Part shown: positions 10,091 through 18,837 of the stretch, piece after piece | How positions within the stretch are numbered: position 1 is the first letter of the stretch | Layout: each line of letters begins with the position of its first letter | DNA from: an uncultured Clostridia bacterium | Lineage (GTDB): Bacteria > Bacillota > Clostridia > TANB77 > CAG-508 | NCBI GenBank assembly: GCA_947593355.1 | Contig: CANQDO010000001.1 | Span: 169-64,168, forward strand | DNA: 64,000 bases | Reading direction: 5' to 3' | Translations under genes and position numbers: made by a program | The notes under the pieces: model-generated | What the model saw: the letters and a program-made list of their open reading frames with translations, nothing else | Told to the model about the DNA's origin: nothing | The model's database searches: none

Positions 10091-10796
10091 ATGAACATAG
10101 CAGTTATATTTGCTGGTGGCGTAGGAAAGCGTATGGGAAATACGGACAAGCCAAAGCAATTTATAGAAATAGAAGGAAAACCTATTATTATACATACTTT
10201 AGAGCATTTTGAAAAAAATAAAAATATAGATGCAATTATAGTTGCATCTAAAGTAGAATGGATAGACTATTTAAATGATTTGCTTGTAAAATATAATATT
10301 AAGAAAGTTGCAAAAGTAGTTCCTGGTGGAGAAACTGGGCAGATGTCAATATTTAATGGAATTAAATGTGCAAAAGAAATGTATGGTGATGATGCAATAG
10401 TACTAATACATGATGGTGTTAGACCTTTTATAACTGATGAACTAATTGATACTAATATACAAACTGTAAAAGAAAAACGGAAGTGCTATATCAAGCGTAT
10501 ATGCAACGGAAACAGAAGTATTGATAAATGAAAATAAAGATATTAAATCTGTTATAAAAAGAAATGAATCACTTATAGCAAAAGCACCACAGAGTTTTTA
10601 TTTAAAAGATATTTATGATGTACATATTAAAGCTCAACAAGATGGTATTACAGATTCAATAGATTCATGTACTTTAATGCATGACTATAATAAGCATTTA
10701 ACAGTGGTTTTAACGGATTATGATAACATAAAAATTACAACTCCAAAAGATGTTTTTCTTGCAGAATCAATTTATAAAAGAAGAAACGACAAGTAA
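10091..10796 (+). pseudogene. tarI: IspD/TarI-family cytidylyltransferase (ribitol-5-phosphate cytidylyltransferase-like), split by a +1 frameshift at about 10478
   Basis: The N-part MNIAVIFAGGVGKRMG... reads to 10531. The +1 frame continues GSAISSVYATETEVLINENKDIK... to 10796. Removing the C at 10478 (aaagaaaaaCggaagt) restores one about-235-aa ORF. Confidence 0.75.
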
Positions 10797-10814
10797 TTGA
10801 GAAAGGAAATAATT

Positions 10815-11855
10815 ATGTATAATAATCATATTGTTCAAGAAGATTTAAAAAGAATAACTAATCAAAATATAAATTTTCAAAATCTTTATAATAAAAATAT
10901 ACTAATTACAGGAGCAAACGGAATGCTTGCTTCATATTACATGTATGTTTTGATGTATTTGAATGATAAAAAAGATGCAAATATAAAAATTTATGCATTA
11001 GTTAGAAATGTAGAAAAATTAAAGCAATTAACAGAGTTTTCAAAAAGAAAAGATATTATTCCAATTGTTCAAGATGTTTGCAATAAAATAGAAGTACCAG
11101 AAAAGTTAGATTATATTATACATATGGCAAGTTCTGCAAACCCTAAAACAATAACAAAAGACCCGGTTGGCATTATTAATGCAAATGTTATAGGTACGCA
11201 AAATGTATTAGAATTAGCAAGAAAGAATAATGCAGAAGTGATTTTTACATCAACAAGAGAAGTATATGGAAAATTAGATGATAGTACATCAAAAGTATCA
11301 GAAGCAGATATGGGAGCACTAGAATGTTTAGATTTAAGGTCTTGCTATCCTGAAAGTAAAAGGATGGCAGAGAATTTAATTGTGAGTTATGCATATGAAT
11401 ATGGAGTTAAATACAAAATTACAAGAATAGCACATGTATATGGACCAGGAATGATAATAGACAATGATGGAAGGATTATGTCAGATTTAATTTCAAATGT
11501 AGTTAAAAAAGAAAATATTGTATTAAAAAGTACAGGAGAAGCTAAAAGGGCATTTTGCTATGTGTCAGATGCAATTACAGCATTATTAACAATTACGGTA
11601 GATACGAAGGCAAACGAAGTTTATAATATTGCAAATGAAACAGAAGAAATTTCAATAAAAGAACTTGCATTTATGTTAAAAGGCATGTATGAAAATTCAG
11701 ATGTTATTTTTGATATTCAAGAAAATAAAAATCAATATGTAAAATTTGCAAGAACTCCACTAGATGTTTCAAAACTAGAAAAATTAGGCTGGAAGCCAGA
11801 AATATCATTAGTAAATGGAATAAAAAATACAGTTGAATACTTTGATGAAATTTAA
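10815..11855 (+). CDS. NAD(P)-dependent epimerase/dehydratase-family SDR; probable sugar-phosphate reductase partnering TarI, analogous to the Bcs1 reductase domain
   Basis: ILITGANGMLASYY Rossmann motif and a YPESK catalytic YxxxK. Located directly after the cytidylyltransferase. Confidence 0.65.
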   Translation: MYNNHIVQEDLKRITNQNINFQNLYNKNILITGANGMLASYYMYVLMYLNDKKDANIKIYALVRNVEKLKQLTEFSKRKDIIPIVQDVCNKIEVPEKLDYIIHMASSANPKTITKDPVGIINANVIGTQNVLELARKNNAEVIFTSTREVYGKLDDSTSKVSEADMGALECLDLRSCYPESKRMAENLIVSYAYEYGVKYKITRIAHVYGPGMIIDNDGRIMSDLISNVVKKENIVLKSTGEAKRAFCYVSDAITALLTITVDTKANEVYNIANETEEISIKELAFMLKGMYENSDVIFDIQENKNQYVKFARTPLDVSKLEKLGWKPEISLVNGIKNTVEYFDEI

Positions 11856-11879
11856 ATTAGGAAAGGTAAAGGTGGTTTA

Positions 11880-12995
11880 ATGGGCATTTCAAAACAATAT
11901 GACTATTTAGTAGTCGGTTCAGGACTTTTTGGTTCAGTATTTGCATATGAAGCTACTAAAAAAGGAAAGAAATGTTTAGTAATAGATAAACGCTCTCATA
12001 TAGGAGGAAATGTTTATACAGAAAACATAGAAGGAATAAATGTACATAAATATGGTGCACATATTTTTCACACAAGTAATGAAGAAATATGGAATTATAT
12101 TAATCAGTTTGCAGAGTTTAATCGTTACACAAATTCACCAGTAGCAATATATAAAAATGAATTATATAATATGCCTTTTAATATGAATACATTTAATAAA
12201 TTATGGGGAGTGAAAACTCCACAAGAAGCAAAAGCTAAAATAGAAGCAGAAAAACTTGAAGCAGGAATAGTAGAACCAAAAAATTTAGAAGAACAGGCAA
12301 TAAGTTTAGTAGGAAAAACTATTTATGAAAAATTAGTAAAAGGTTATACAGAAAAGCAATGGGGCAAGAAAGCAACCGAATTACCAAGTTTTATTATAAA
12401 AAGGTTGCCTGTAAGATTTATATATGATAATAATTATTTTAATGACAAATATCAAGGAATACCAGTTGGTGGTTATACAGCAATTATTCAAAAAATGCTT
12501 GAAGGCATAGAAGTAAAATTAAATTGTAATTTCTTTGAGCACAGAGAAGAATTAGAACAAATTGCTGAAAAAATAGTATTTACAGGTGCAATAGATGAAT
12601 TTTATAATTACAAGTATGGAGAGTTAGAATATAGAAGTTTGCGTTTTGAAACAGAAGTTGTAAATGAAGAAAATTATCAAGGAAATGCAGTTGTAAATTA
12701 CACAGAATACGAAATACCATATACAAGAATAATTGAGCATAAGCATTTTGAATATTCTACTTCACCAAAGACAGTTATTACAAAAGAATATCCAGATACT
12801 TGGGTAAAAGGAAAGGAAACATATTACCCAATTAATGATGAAAAGAATAATGCTTTATACGAAAAGTATACAAGCCTCGCAAAAGAAAATCCTAATATCA
12901 TATTTGGAGGAAGACTTGGACAATACAAGTATTATGATATGGATAAGGTTATTTTAGAAGCACTAAATTGTGCAAAAAAAGAATTAAATTTTTAA
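11880..12995 (+). CDS. glf: UDP-galactopyranose mutase
   Basis: YDYLVVGSGLFGSVFAYEATKKGKKCLVIDKRSHIGGNVYTE...HKYGAHIFHT is a canonical Glf N-terminus with FAD binding. Confidence 0.9.
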   Translation: MGISKQYDYLVVGSGLFGSVFAYEATKKGKKCLVIDKRSHIGGNVYTENIEGINVHKYGAHIFHTSNEEIWNYINQFAEFNRYTNSPVAIYKNELYNMPFNMNTFNKLWGVKTPQEAKAKIEAEKLEAGIVEPKNLEEQAISLVGKTIYEKLVKGYTEKQWGKKATELPSFIIKRLPVRFIYDNNYFNDKYQGIPVGGYTAIIQKMLEGIEVKLNCNFFEHREELEQIAEKIVFTGAIDEFYNYKYGELEYRSLRFETEVVNEENYQGNAVVNYTEYEIPYTRIIEHKHFEYSTSPKTVITKEYPDTWVKGKETYYPINDEKNNALYEKYTSLAKENPNIIFGGRLGQYKYYDMDKVILEALNCAKKELNF

Positions 12996-13012
12996 AATAG
13001 GAGATGTTGAAT

Positions 13013-14143
13013 ATGAAAGCAAAAAGAATGAAAGAAAATGGAAGAACAAGTAGCAGAGAAGCTACAAGAAATAGTGTTGAAAAAAGTTTTAATGAAGGGG
13101 TTTCTAACAGAAGAACAAGTAAAAAGAAAAGTAATAAAAAATGGACAAAAATATTATTAATAGTAATAGTTTTAATCATTGCACTTATAGTAATTTCAAA
13201 AGTATGTATTGACAATCAAATAAATAAAGTAAACTGTGTAGAATTAAATAAAGATGAAATTAAAGTAACAGATGGAATAGAACAAAAATTAGAAGGATAT
13301 CGTACTATTGCAATTATGGGTGTAGATGGCACGTCAGACGAGATGCAACCTGAAAGAGGTACAGACTTTATTGTTCTTGCTACAATAAATGAACAAAATA
13401 GAAAAGTAGCATTAACAACTATATATCGTGATACATATTTAGAGATTACAGGACAAGATTTAAATAAAATATCAAATGCTTATGCAGAGGGAAAGGAAAC
13501 TTTAGCATTAAGCACATTAAATGAAAATTTAGATTTAAATATAAAAGAATTTGTAACATTAAATGTTGGAGCCATGGAAAATATTGTAGATGCAATAGGA
13601 GGAATAGAAGTAAATATAACGGACGAAGAGTTACAATCTATTAATGGTTATATAAATGAAGTATCAAGGCAAACAGGAGAAACAGCTACTTATGTAGAAA
13701 AATCTGGAAGTCAAAAATTAAATGGAATGCAGGCTTTAGCTTATGGAAGAATTAAGTTTGTAGGTAGTGGAAATTATAAAAAAGCTGAAAGAATGGTAAC
13801 TGTTTTAATGACTGTAATAAAACAAGCTAAAAAATCAAACGTATTCCAAATAAATGGACTAGCAGATGTATTATTACCAAAATTATATACAAATGTTAAT
13901 CGTGATGAAGTATTTGATTTAATGAAAAAAATATCAGATTATGAAATATTAAATAATGTAGGTTGGCCATATAAAGTAAAAGGTGCTACAGTAGATGGAG
14001 TTTGGTATTTAGCACCAACTACACTTGAATCTGCTGTAAAGGAATTGCATGAAAAGGTATATGGACAAACAAATTATGAACCATCAAATAAAGTAAAAGA
14101 AATAAGTGGTAAAGTTATTGAAAAAACAGGTTATGCAGAATAA
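13013..14143 (+). CDS. LytR-CpsA-Psr (LCP) family polymer-to-peptidoglycan ligase
   Basis: N-terminal TM followed by an LCP domain (YRTIAIMGVDGTSDEMQPERGTDFIVLATINEQNRKVALTTIYRDTYLEI). ATG 13013 is 9 nt after AGGAG. Confidence 0.85.
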   Translation: MKAKRMKENGRTSSREATRNSVEKSFNEGVSNRRTSKKKSNKKWTKILLIVIVLIIALIVISKVCIDNQINKVNCVELNKDEIKVTDGIEQKLEGYRTIAIMGVDGTSDEMQPERGTDFIVLATINEQNRKVALTTIYRDTYLEITGQDLNKISNAYAEGKETLALSTLNENLDLNIKEFVTLNVGAMENIVDAIGGIEVNITDEELQSINGYINEVSRQTGETATYVEKSGSQKLNGMQALAYGRIKFVGSGNYKKAERMVTVLMTVIKQAKKSNVFQINGLADVLLPKLYTNVNRDEVFDLMKKISDYEILNNVGWPYKVKGATVDGVWYLAPTTLESAVKELHEKVYGQTNYEPSNKVKEISGKVIEKTGYAE

Positions 14144-14224
14144 GGTATATAAATTTATAAAAAAAGCTTATTAATAAAATAAAGGTCAATAATATTAATA
14201 TAATAAAGAAAGAAGGTTGGTAAA

Positions 14225-15106
14225 ATGGAAAAAGCAAAAGTGTATTTTACAAGAGAATTAACACCAGAAAGTGTTGTTAAGATGTTTAAAAAACTTGGAA
14301 AGGAATTACCAGGAAAAGTAGCAGTAAAAGTACATTCAGGAGAAGACGGCAACCAAAATTATTTAAGACCAAATTTTATGAAACCAATGGTAGAGTATGT
14401 TAATGGAACAGTAGTTGAATGTAACACAGCTTATGATGGAGCTAGAAATACAACGGAAAGGCATAAAGCATTAATGAAAAAACATGAGTGGTCAGATTAT
14501 TTTACTGTTGATATTATGGACGGAGAAGGACCAGACAAAGTTTTAGAAATTCCAAACGGAAAAGTTATTAAAAAGAACTATGTTGGAAAAAATTTAGAAA
14601 ACTATGATTCAATGCTTGTACTTTCACATTTTAAAGGTCATCCTATGGGAGGATATGGAGGAGCATTAAAACAACTATCAATAGGAGTTGCTTCTAGCAA
14701 AGGAAAAAGTTATATTCATTGTACAGGGAAAGAAAATGCATCATATGAAGATATGTTTAGAGCAGACCAAATTAAATTTTTAGAGTCTATGGCAGATAGT
14801 GCATCATCAGTGGTAAATTATTTTAAAGGAAATATAGCTTATATAAACGTTATGTGCAACATGTCTGTGGATTGTGATTGCTGTAATGTAGCTGAAGATC
14901 CTTGTATGAAAGATATTGGAATTTTAGCATCACTTGACCCAGTTGCAATAGACCAAGCTTGCATAGATTTAGTTAAAAATTCAGATGATCCAGGAAGAGA
15001 CCATTTATTAGAAAGAATAAATTCAAGACAAGGAACTCATACAATAGATGCTGCTGCAGATTTAGGTATTGGAAGCAAAGAATATGAATTAATTGAAGTA
15101 GAATAA
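14225..15106 (+). CDS. DUF362 domain protein (Cys-rich, putative Fe-S)
   Basis: MEKAKVYFTRE...VKVHSGEDGNQNYLRP... plus a CxxCDCC cluster. Confidence 0.6.
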   Translation: MEKAKVYFTRELTPESVVKMFKKLGKELPGKVAVKVHSGEDGNQNYLRPNFMKPMVEYVNGTVVECNTAYDGARNTTERHKALMKKHEWSDYFTVDIMDGEGPDKVLEIPNGKVIKKNYVGKNLENYDSMLVLSHFKGHPMGGYGGALKQLSIGVASSKGKSYIHCTGKENASYEDMFRADQIKFLESMADSASSVVNYFKGNIAYINVMCNMSVDCDCCNVAEDPCMKDIGILASLDPVAIDQACIDLVKNSDDPGRDHLLERINSRQGTHTIDAAADLGIGSKEYELIEVE

Positions 15107-15140
15107 TATAAAAGCAAGTGATTTATAAAAAAAAGATTAA

Positions 15141-15175
15141 AAAGTCAGTAAAAAGTGCTGACTTTTATTTTTTTA
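15141..15175 (+). terminator. rho-independent terminator
   Basis: Stem AAGTCAG/CTGACTT with a 9-nt loop, followed by a T-rich tract. Confidence 0.6.
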
Positions 15176-15209
15176 TATGATAAGATATAAAAAAAATGAG
15201 GGAAAAAAT

Positions 15210-16841
15210 ATGGTAAATTTAAAAGTAGTAGATTCGTTAGAAAAAGTTTTTTTGAAGGATAAGTTAGAAAATTTTAAAGAAATACAAGAGATAAAGGCAT
15301 TTAAAGGAGAAAGAGTGTCGTTTCAAATTATTTTGAAAAGTGCAGAGTATAAAAAATATAATTTAGAGTGCATGGTGCAATCTGAATTAAAGAATATTAA
15401 GGTATATAAAGTTGGCTATGTGCCGAGTGAATTTCCTACATACGAAGAAAGAGCAGATGAAAACTATATAACGCTAGAGCCAGGGTTATTTCCAGATGTG
15501 TTATTCCCATTAGAAGGAAAAGTAGATGTATATGAATATACTAATACAACTTTGTGGGTTACAATAGATATTCCTAAAAAAGCCGAGGCAAAAGAGTATA
15601 AAGTAAATATATTATTAGAAAATGAAGAGATAAAACTATCAAAAGAAATAAAAATTAATGTATGCAATATAGAATTACCGGAAAATGACTTGATATATAC
15701 AAACTGGTTTCATTCAGACTGTATAGCTACATATCATAATGTAAAAGTATTTTCTGCAGAATATTGGAAATTAGTAGAAAAATACATGAAATTAGCAAGA
15801 AGAACAGGTGTAACACAAATACTTACACCTATATTTACACCTCCATTAGATACTGAAATAGGTGGTGAAAGGCCAACTGTTCAATTAGTAGATATAAAAT
15901 ATGAAAATGGCAAATATACTTTTAAATATAGTAAATTTGAAAGATGGATAAAATTAGCACAAAAGGTAGGAATAAAATATTTTGAAATGGCACATTTTTT
16001 CACACAATGGGGAGCAAAATATACGCCTAAAATTATAGTAAAAGAAAACGGAAAAACAGTTAAAAAGTTTGGCTGGCATGTAAAAGCAAGTTCAAAAGAA
16101 TACAAAGAATTTATAGATAGCTTTTTACCATCATTAGTACAAGAAATAAAGAAAATGGGAATAGAAAATAATGTATATTTTCATATTTCAGATGAGCCAG
16201 CAGAAAAATATGATGAAGGACTTAAATGTTATGAAAAAGCAAGAAGTATAGTAGAAAAACATTTAAAAGATTTTAAAATAATAGATGCACTTTCTAATGT
16301 AGAAATATATAATAGAGGAATGGTCGATATTCCTATTCCAGCAATAGATAGAATAGAACCATTTTTAGAAAAACAAGTAAAAGAAAAATGGTGTTATTAC
16401 TGTTGTGCTCAAGCTACAGATGTATCTAATAGATTTTTAGCAATGCCATCAGCAAGAACCAGAATTATAGGTGTTCAATTATATTTACACAATATGATAG
16501 GTTTTTTACACTGGGGATTTAATTTTTATTATTCAAGATTATCAAAAGAAGCAATAGACCCATATAAAACAACAGATGCAAAACAAGGTTTCCCTTCAGG
16601 AGATAGCTTTATTGTATATCCATATAAAAATGGTGCAATAGAATCTATAAGAAGTGTTGTTTTTTATGAGGCACTTCAAGATAGAATGATGCTAAAATTA
16701 TTAGAACAGAAAATTGGAAGAAAAGAAACAGAAAAAGAAATACAAAAGATTGGAGGAAATATAACATTTAAACAATACCCACATGATAAAGAATTTTTAT
16801 ATAAATTGAAGAATAGGGTAATAGAAATATTAAGTAAATAG
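15210..16841 (+). CDS. DUF4091 / GH123-like glycoside hydrolase (putative beta-N-acetylgalactosaminidase family)
   Basis: N-terminal NLKVVDSLEKVF motif typical of DUF4091/GH123 proteins. Start ATG 15210 follows GAGGGA. Confidence 0.5.
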   Translation: MVNLKVVDSLEKVFLKDKLENFKEIQEIKAFKGERVSFQIILKSAEYKKYNLECMVQSELKNIKVYKVGYVPSEFPTYEERADENYITLEPGLFPDVLFPLEGKVDVYEYTNTTLWVTIDIPKKAEAKEYKVNILLENEEIKLSKEIKINVCNIELPENDLIYTNWFHSDCIATYHNVKVFSAEYWKLVEKYMKLARRTGVTQILTPIFTPPLDTEIGGERPTVQLVDIKYENGKYTFKYSKFERWIKLAQKVGIKYFEMAHFFTQWGAKYTPKIIVKENGKTVKKFGWHVKASSKEYKEFIDSFLPSLVQEIKKMGIENNVYFHISDEPAEKYDEGLKCYEKARSIVEKHLKDFKIIDALSNVEIYNRGMVDIPIPAIDRIEPFLEKQVKEKWCYYCCAQATDVSNRFLAMPSARTRIIGVQLYLHNMIGFLHWGFNFYYSRLSKEAIDPYKTTDAKQGFPSGDSFIVYPYKNGAIESIRSVVFYEALQDRMMLKLLEQKIGRKETEKEIQKIGGNITFKQYPHDKEFLYKLKNRVIEILSK

Positions 16842-16857
16842 CGTATAAGGAGGTAAA

Positions 16858-18057
16858 ATGGATACTTTATTTAAAGAATATGCTACAAATGAAAATAGTC
16901 CAAAATGGGAAAATGCTATAAAAAGAGAAAAAGAGTTATACGCAAGAAAAAATGATATTAGGTCACCATTTGAAAGAGATTACACAAGAACTATACATTG
17001 CAATGCTTATAGAAGGCTAAAGCATAAAACCCAGGTGTTTTTCTCACCTGGAAATGATCATATATGTACAAGAATAGAGCATGTTACACACGTTGAATCT
17101 GTAAGTTATACTATTGCTAAATGTTTGGGATTAAATGCAGAATTAACAAGAGCAATAGCTACGGCACATGATTTAGGTCATAGTCCATTTGGGCATGAAG
17201 GAGAAAGAATTTTATCTGAAATATCTAAACGAGATATAGGAGAAACATTTTGGCATGAGAAAAATGGTGTAGAGCTTGTAGATAAAATAGAATTATTAGA
17301 AGATGATTTAAGAAATAAACAAAACTTAAATTTAACTTATGCAGTACGTGATGGAATTATATCTCATTGTGGTGAAATAGATGAAAATATGCTAAAGCCA
17401 AGAGATGAAGATATAGATTTATACGAATATAAAACTCCAAATCAATATGCTCCATATACTTGGGAAGGTTGTGTGGTAAAAGTCGCAGATAAGGTATCAT
17501 ATTTAGGAAGAGATATAGAAGACGCAATAACTTTAGGAATTTTAGATGAGCATTTAGAAGAGCTATATAAATTATTAAACTATAATTCAAAAGATGTAAT
17601 AAACAATACAGTTATAATAAATAATTTAATATATGATTTGTGGAAAAATTCATCTGTGGAGAAGGGGCTATGCTTTTCAGAAGAAACATTTAATTTAATA
17701 AAACAAATTAAACAATTCAATTATAAAAACATTTATCAATGTGAAAGAATTAAACCATCAATAAGATATTTTAAAGTTGTATTAAATGAAATTTACGATA
17801 CTTTAAAAGCTATGTATGGGGGAAGTAAAACTCCTGAAAATATAAGAAATATGAGAAAAACTTATCCAAAATTGATAGATAGTTTTGAAGATTGGATATC
17901 AAATTATTGGAATTTAGAAAGAAAAGCTACATCTAAAAATGATATTATTATTAATATTGAAAATGAAAAAGAGTATTATAAAGCAATTATTTATTATATA
18001 TCAGGAATGACAGACAATTTTGCCATAGAAATATACAATGATATAATTGGATTTTAA
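16858..18057 (+). CDS. dgt: dGTPase-like HD-domain triphosphohydrolase (Dgt family)
   Basis: FERDYTRTIHCNAYRRLKHKTQVF...TRIEHVTHV...AHDLGHSPFGHEGE. Confidence 0.85.
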   Translation: MDTLFKEYATNENSPKWENAIKREKELYARKNDIRSPFERDYTRTIHCNAYRRLKHKTQVFFSPGNDHICTRIEHVTHVESVSYTIAKCLGLNAELTRAIATAHDLGHSPFGHEGERILSEISKRDIGETFWHEKNGVELVDKIELLEDDLRNKQNLNLTYAVRDGIISHCGEIDENMLKPRDEDIDLYEYKTPNQYAPYTWEGCVVKVADKVSYLGRDIEDAITLGILDEHLEELYKLLNYNSKDVINNTVIINNLIYDLWKNSSVEKGLCFSEETFNLIKQIKQFNYKNIYQCERIKPSIRYFKVVLNEIYDTLKAMYGGSKTPENIRNMRKTYPKLIDSFEDWISNYWNLERKATSKNDIIINIENEKEYYKAIIYYISGMTDNFAIEIYNDIIGF

Positions 18058-18087
18058 TTAATTTATACAAGAGAGGAAGAGGATTTT

Positions 18088-18720
18088 ATGTTAGAACAAA
18101 TAGAAGTATTATGCCACAGTAGCATAGTAATAAGAAGAGAAAAAACCATCTATATAGATTCATTTAAGATAGATAAAAATTATAATGATGCAGATATTAT
18201 AATGATAACGCATGATCATTTTGACCATTATTCAGAAGAAGATATAGATAAAGTAAGAAAAGAAGATACAGTTATTGTTATACCAGAAAGTTTATATATT
18301 AAAGCCCTAAAAATTGGCTTTGTAGATGAAAACATTGTAATAGTAGAGCCAAACAATGAATATGAAGTAAAGGGTGTTAAGTTTAAAACAATACCAGCAT
18401 ATAATGTAAATAAGCAATTTCACCCAAAGGAAAATGCATGGGTAGGTTATTTAATTGAATTAGATGGTAATACATATTACATAGCAGGAGATACTGATAT
18501 AACTGAAGAAAATACTAAAGTAGAATGTGATGTAGCATTTTTACCAATAGGAGGAACTTATACAATGGACTATGAGGAGGCTGCAAAACTTGCAAATATA
18601 ATTAAACCAAAAGTAGTAGTGCCTATACATTATGGAGAAATAGTAGGAGAAAAAGCAGATGGGGAAAAATTTAAAAATTTAGTAAATTCAGAAATTGAAT
18701 GTAGAATCTTAATAAAGTAA
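18088..18720 (+). CDS. MBL-fold metallo-hydrolase
   Basis: ITHDHFDHY motif; about 210 aa. Confidence 0.7.
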   Translation: MLEQIEVLCHSSIVIRREKTIYIDSFKIDKNYNDADIIMITHDHFDHYSEEDIDKVRKEDTVIVIPESLYIKALKIGFVDENIVIVEPNNEYEVKGVKFKTIPAYNVNKQFHPKENAWVGYLIELDGNTYYIAGDTDITEENTKVECDVAFLPIGGTYTMDYEEAAKLANIIKPKVVVPIHYGEIVGEKADGEKFKNLVNSEIECRILIK

Positions 18721-18837
18721 AAATGTCAACCACAAAAATATACCTAAAAACAAGAAAAAATGCCAAATTTTTCTTGACCATATAATTATTTTATGTTATC
18801 ATTAAATAGTAAAAAATAATAAAAAGGGAGAGATTTT

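Noticed and set aside
16858-18057. Dgt-family dGTPase as a nucleotide-depletion anti-phage defence gene.
   Set aside because: The flanks are housekeeping and metabolic genes, and this family is widespread as a core gene in Firmicutes. There is no mobile or defence context.
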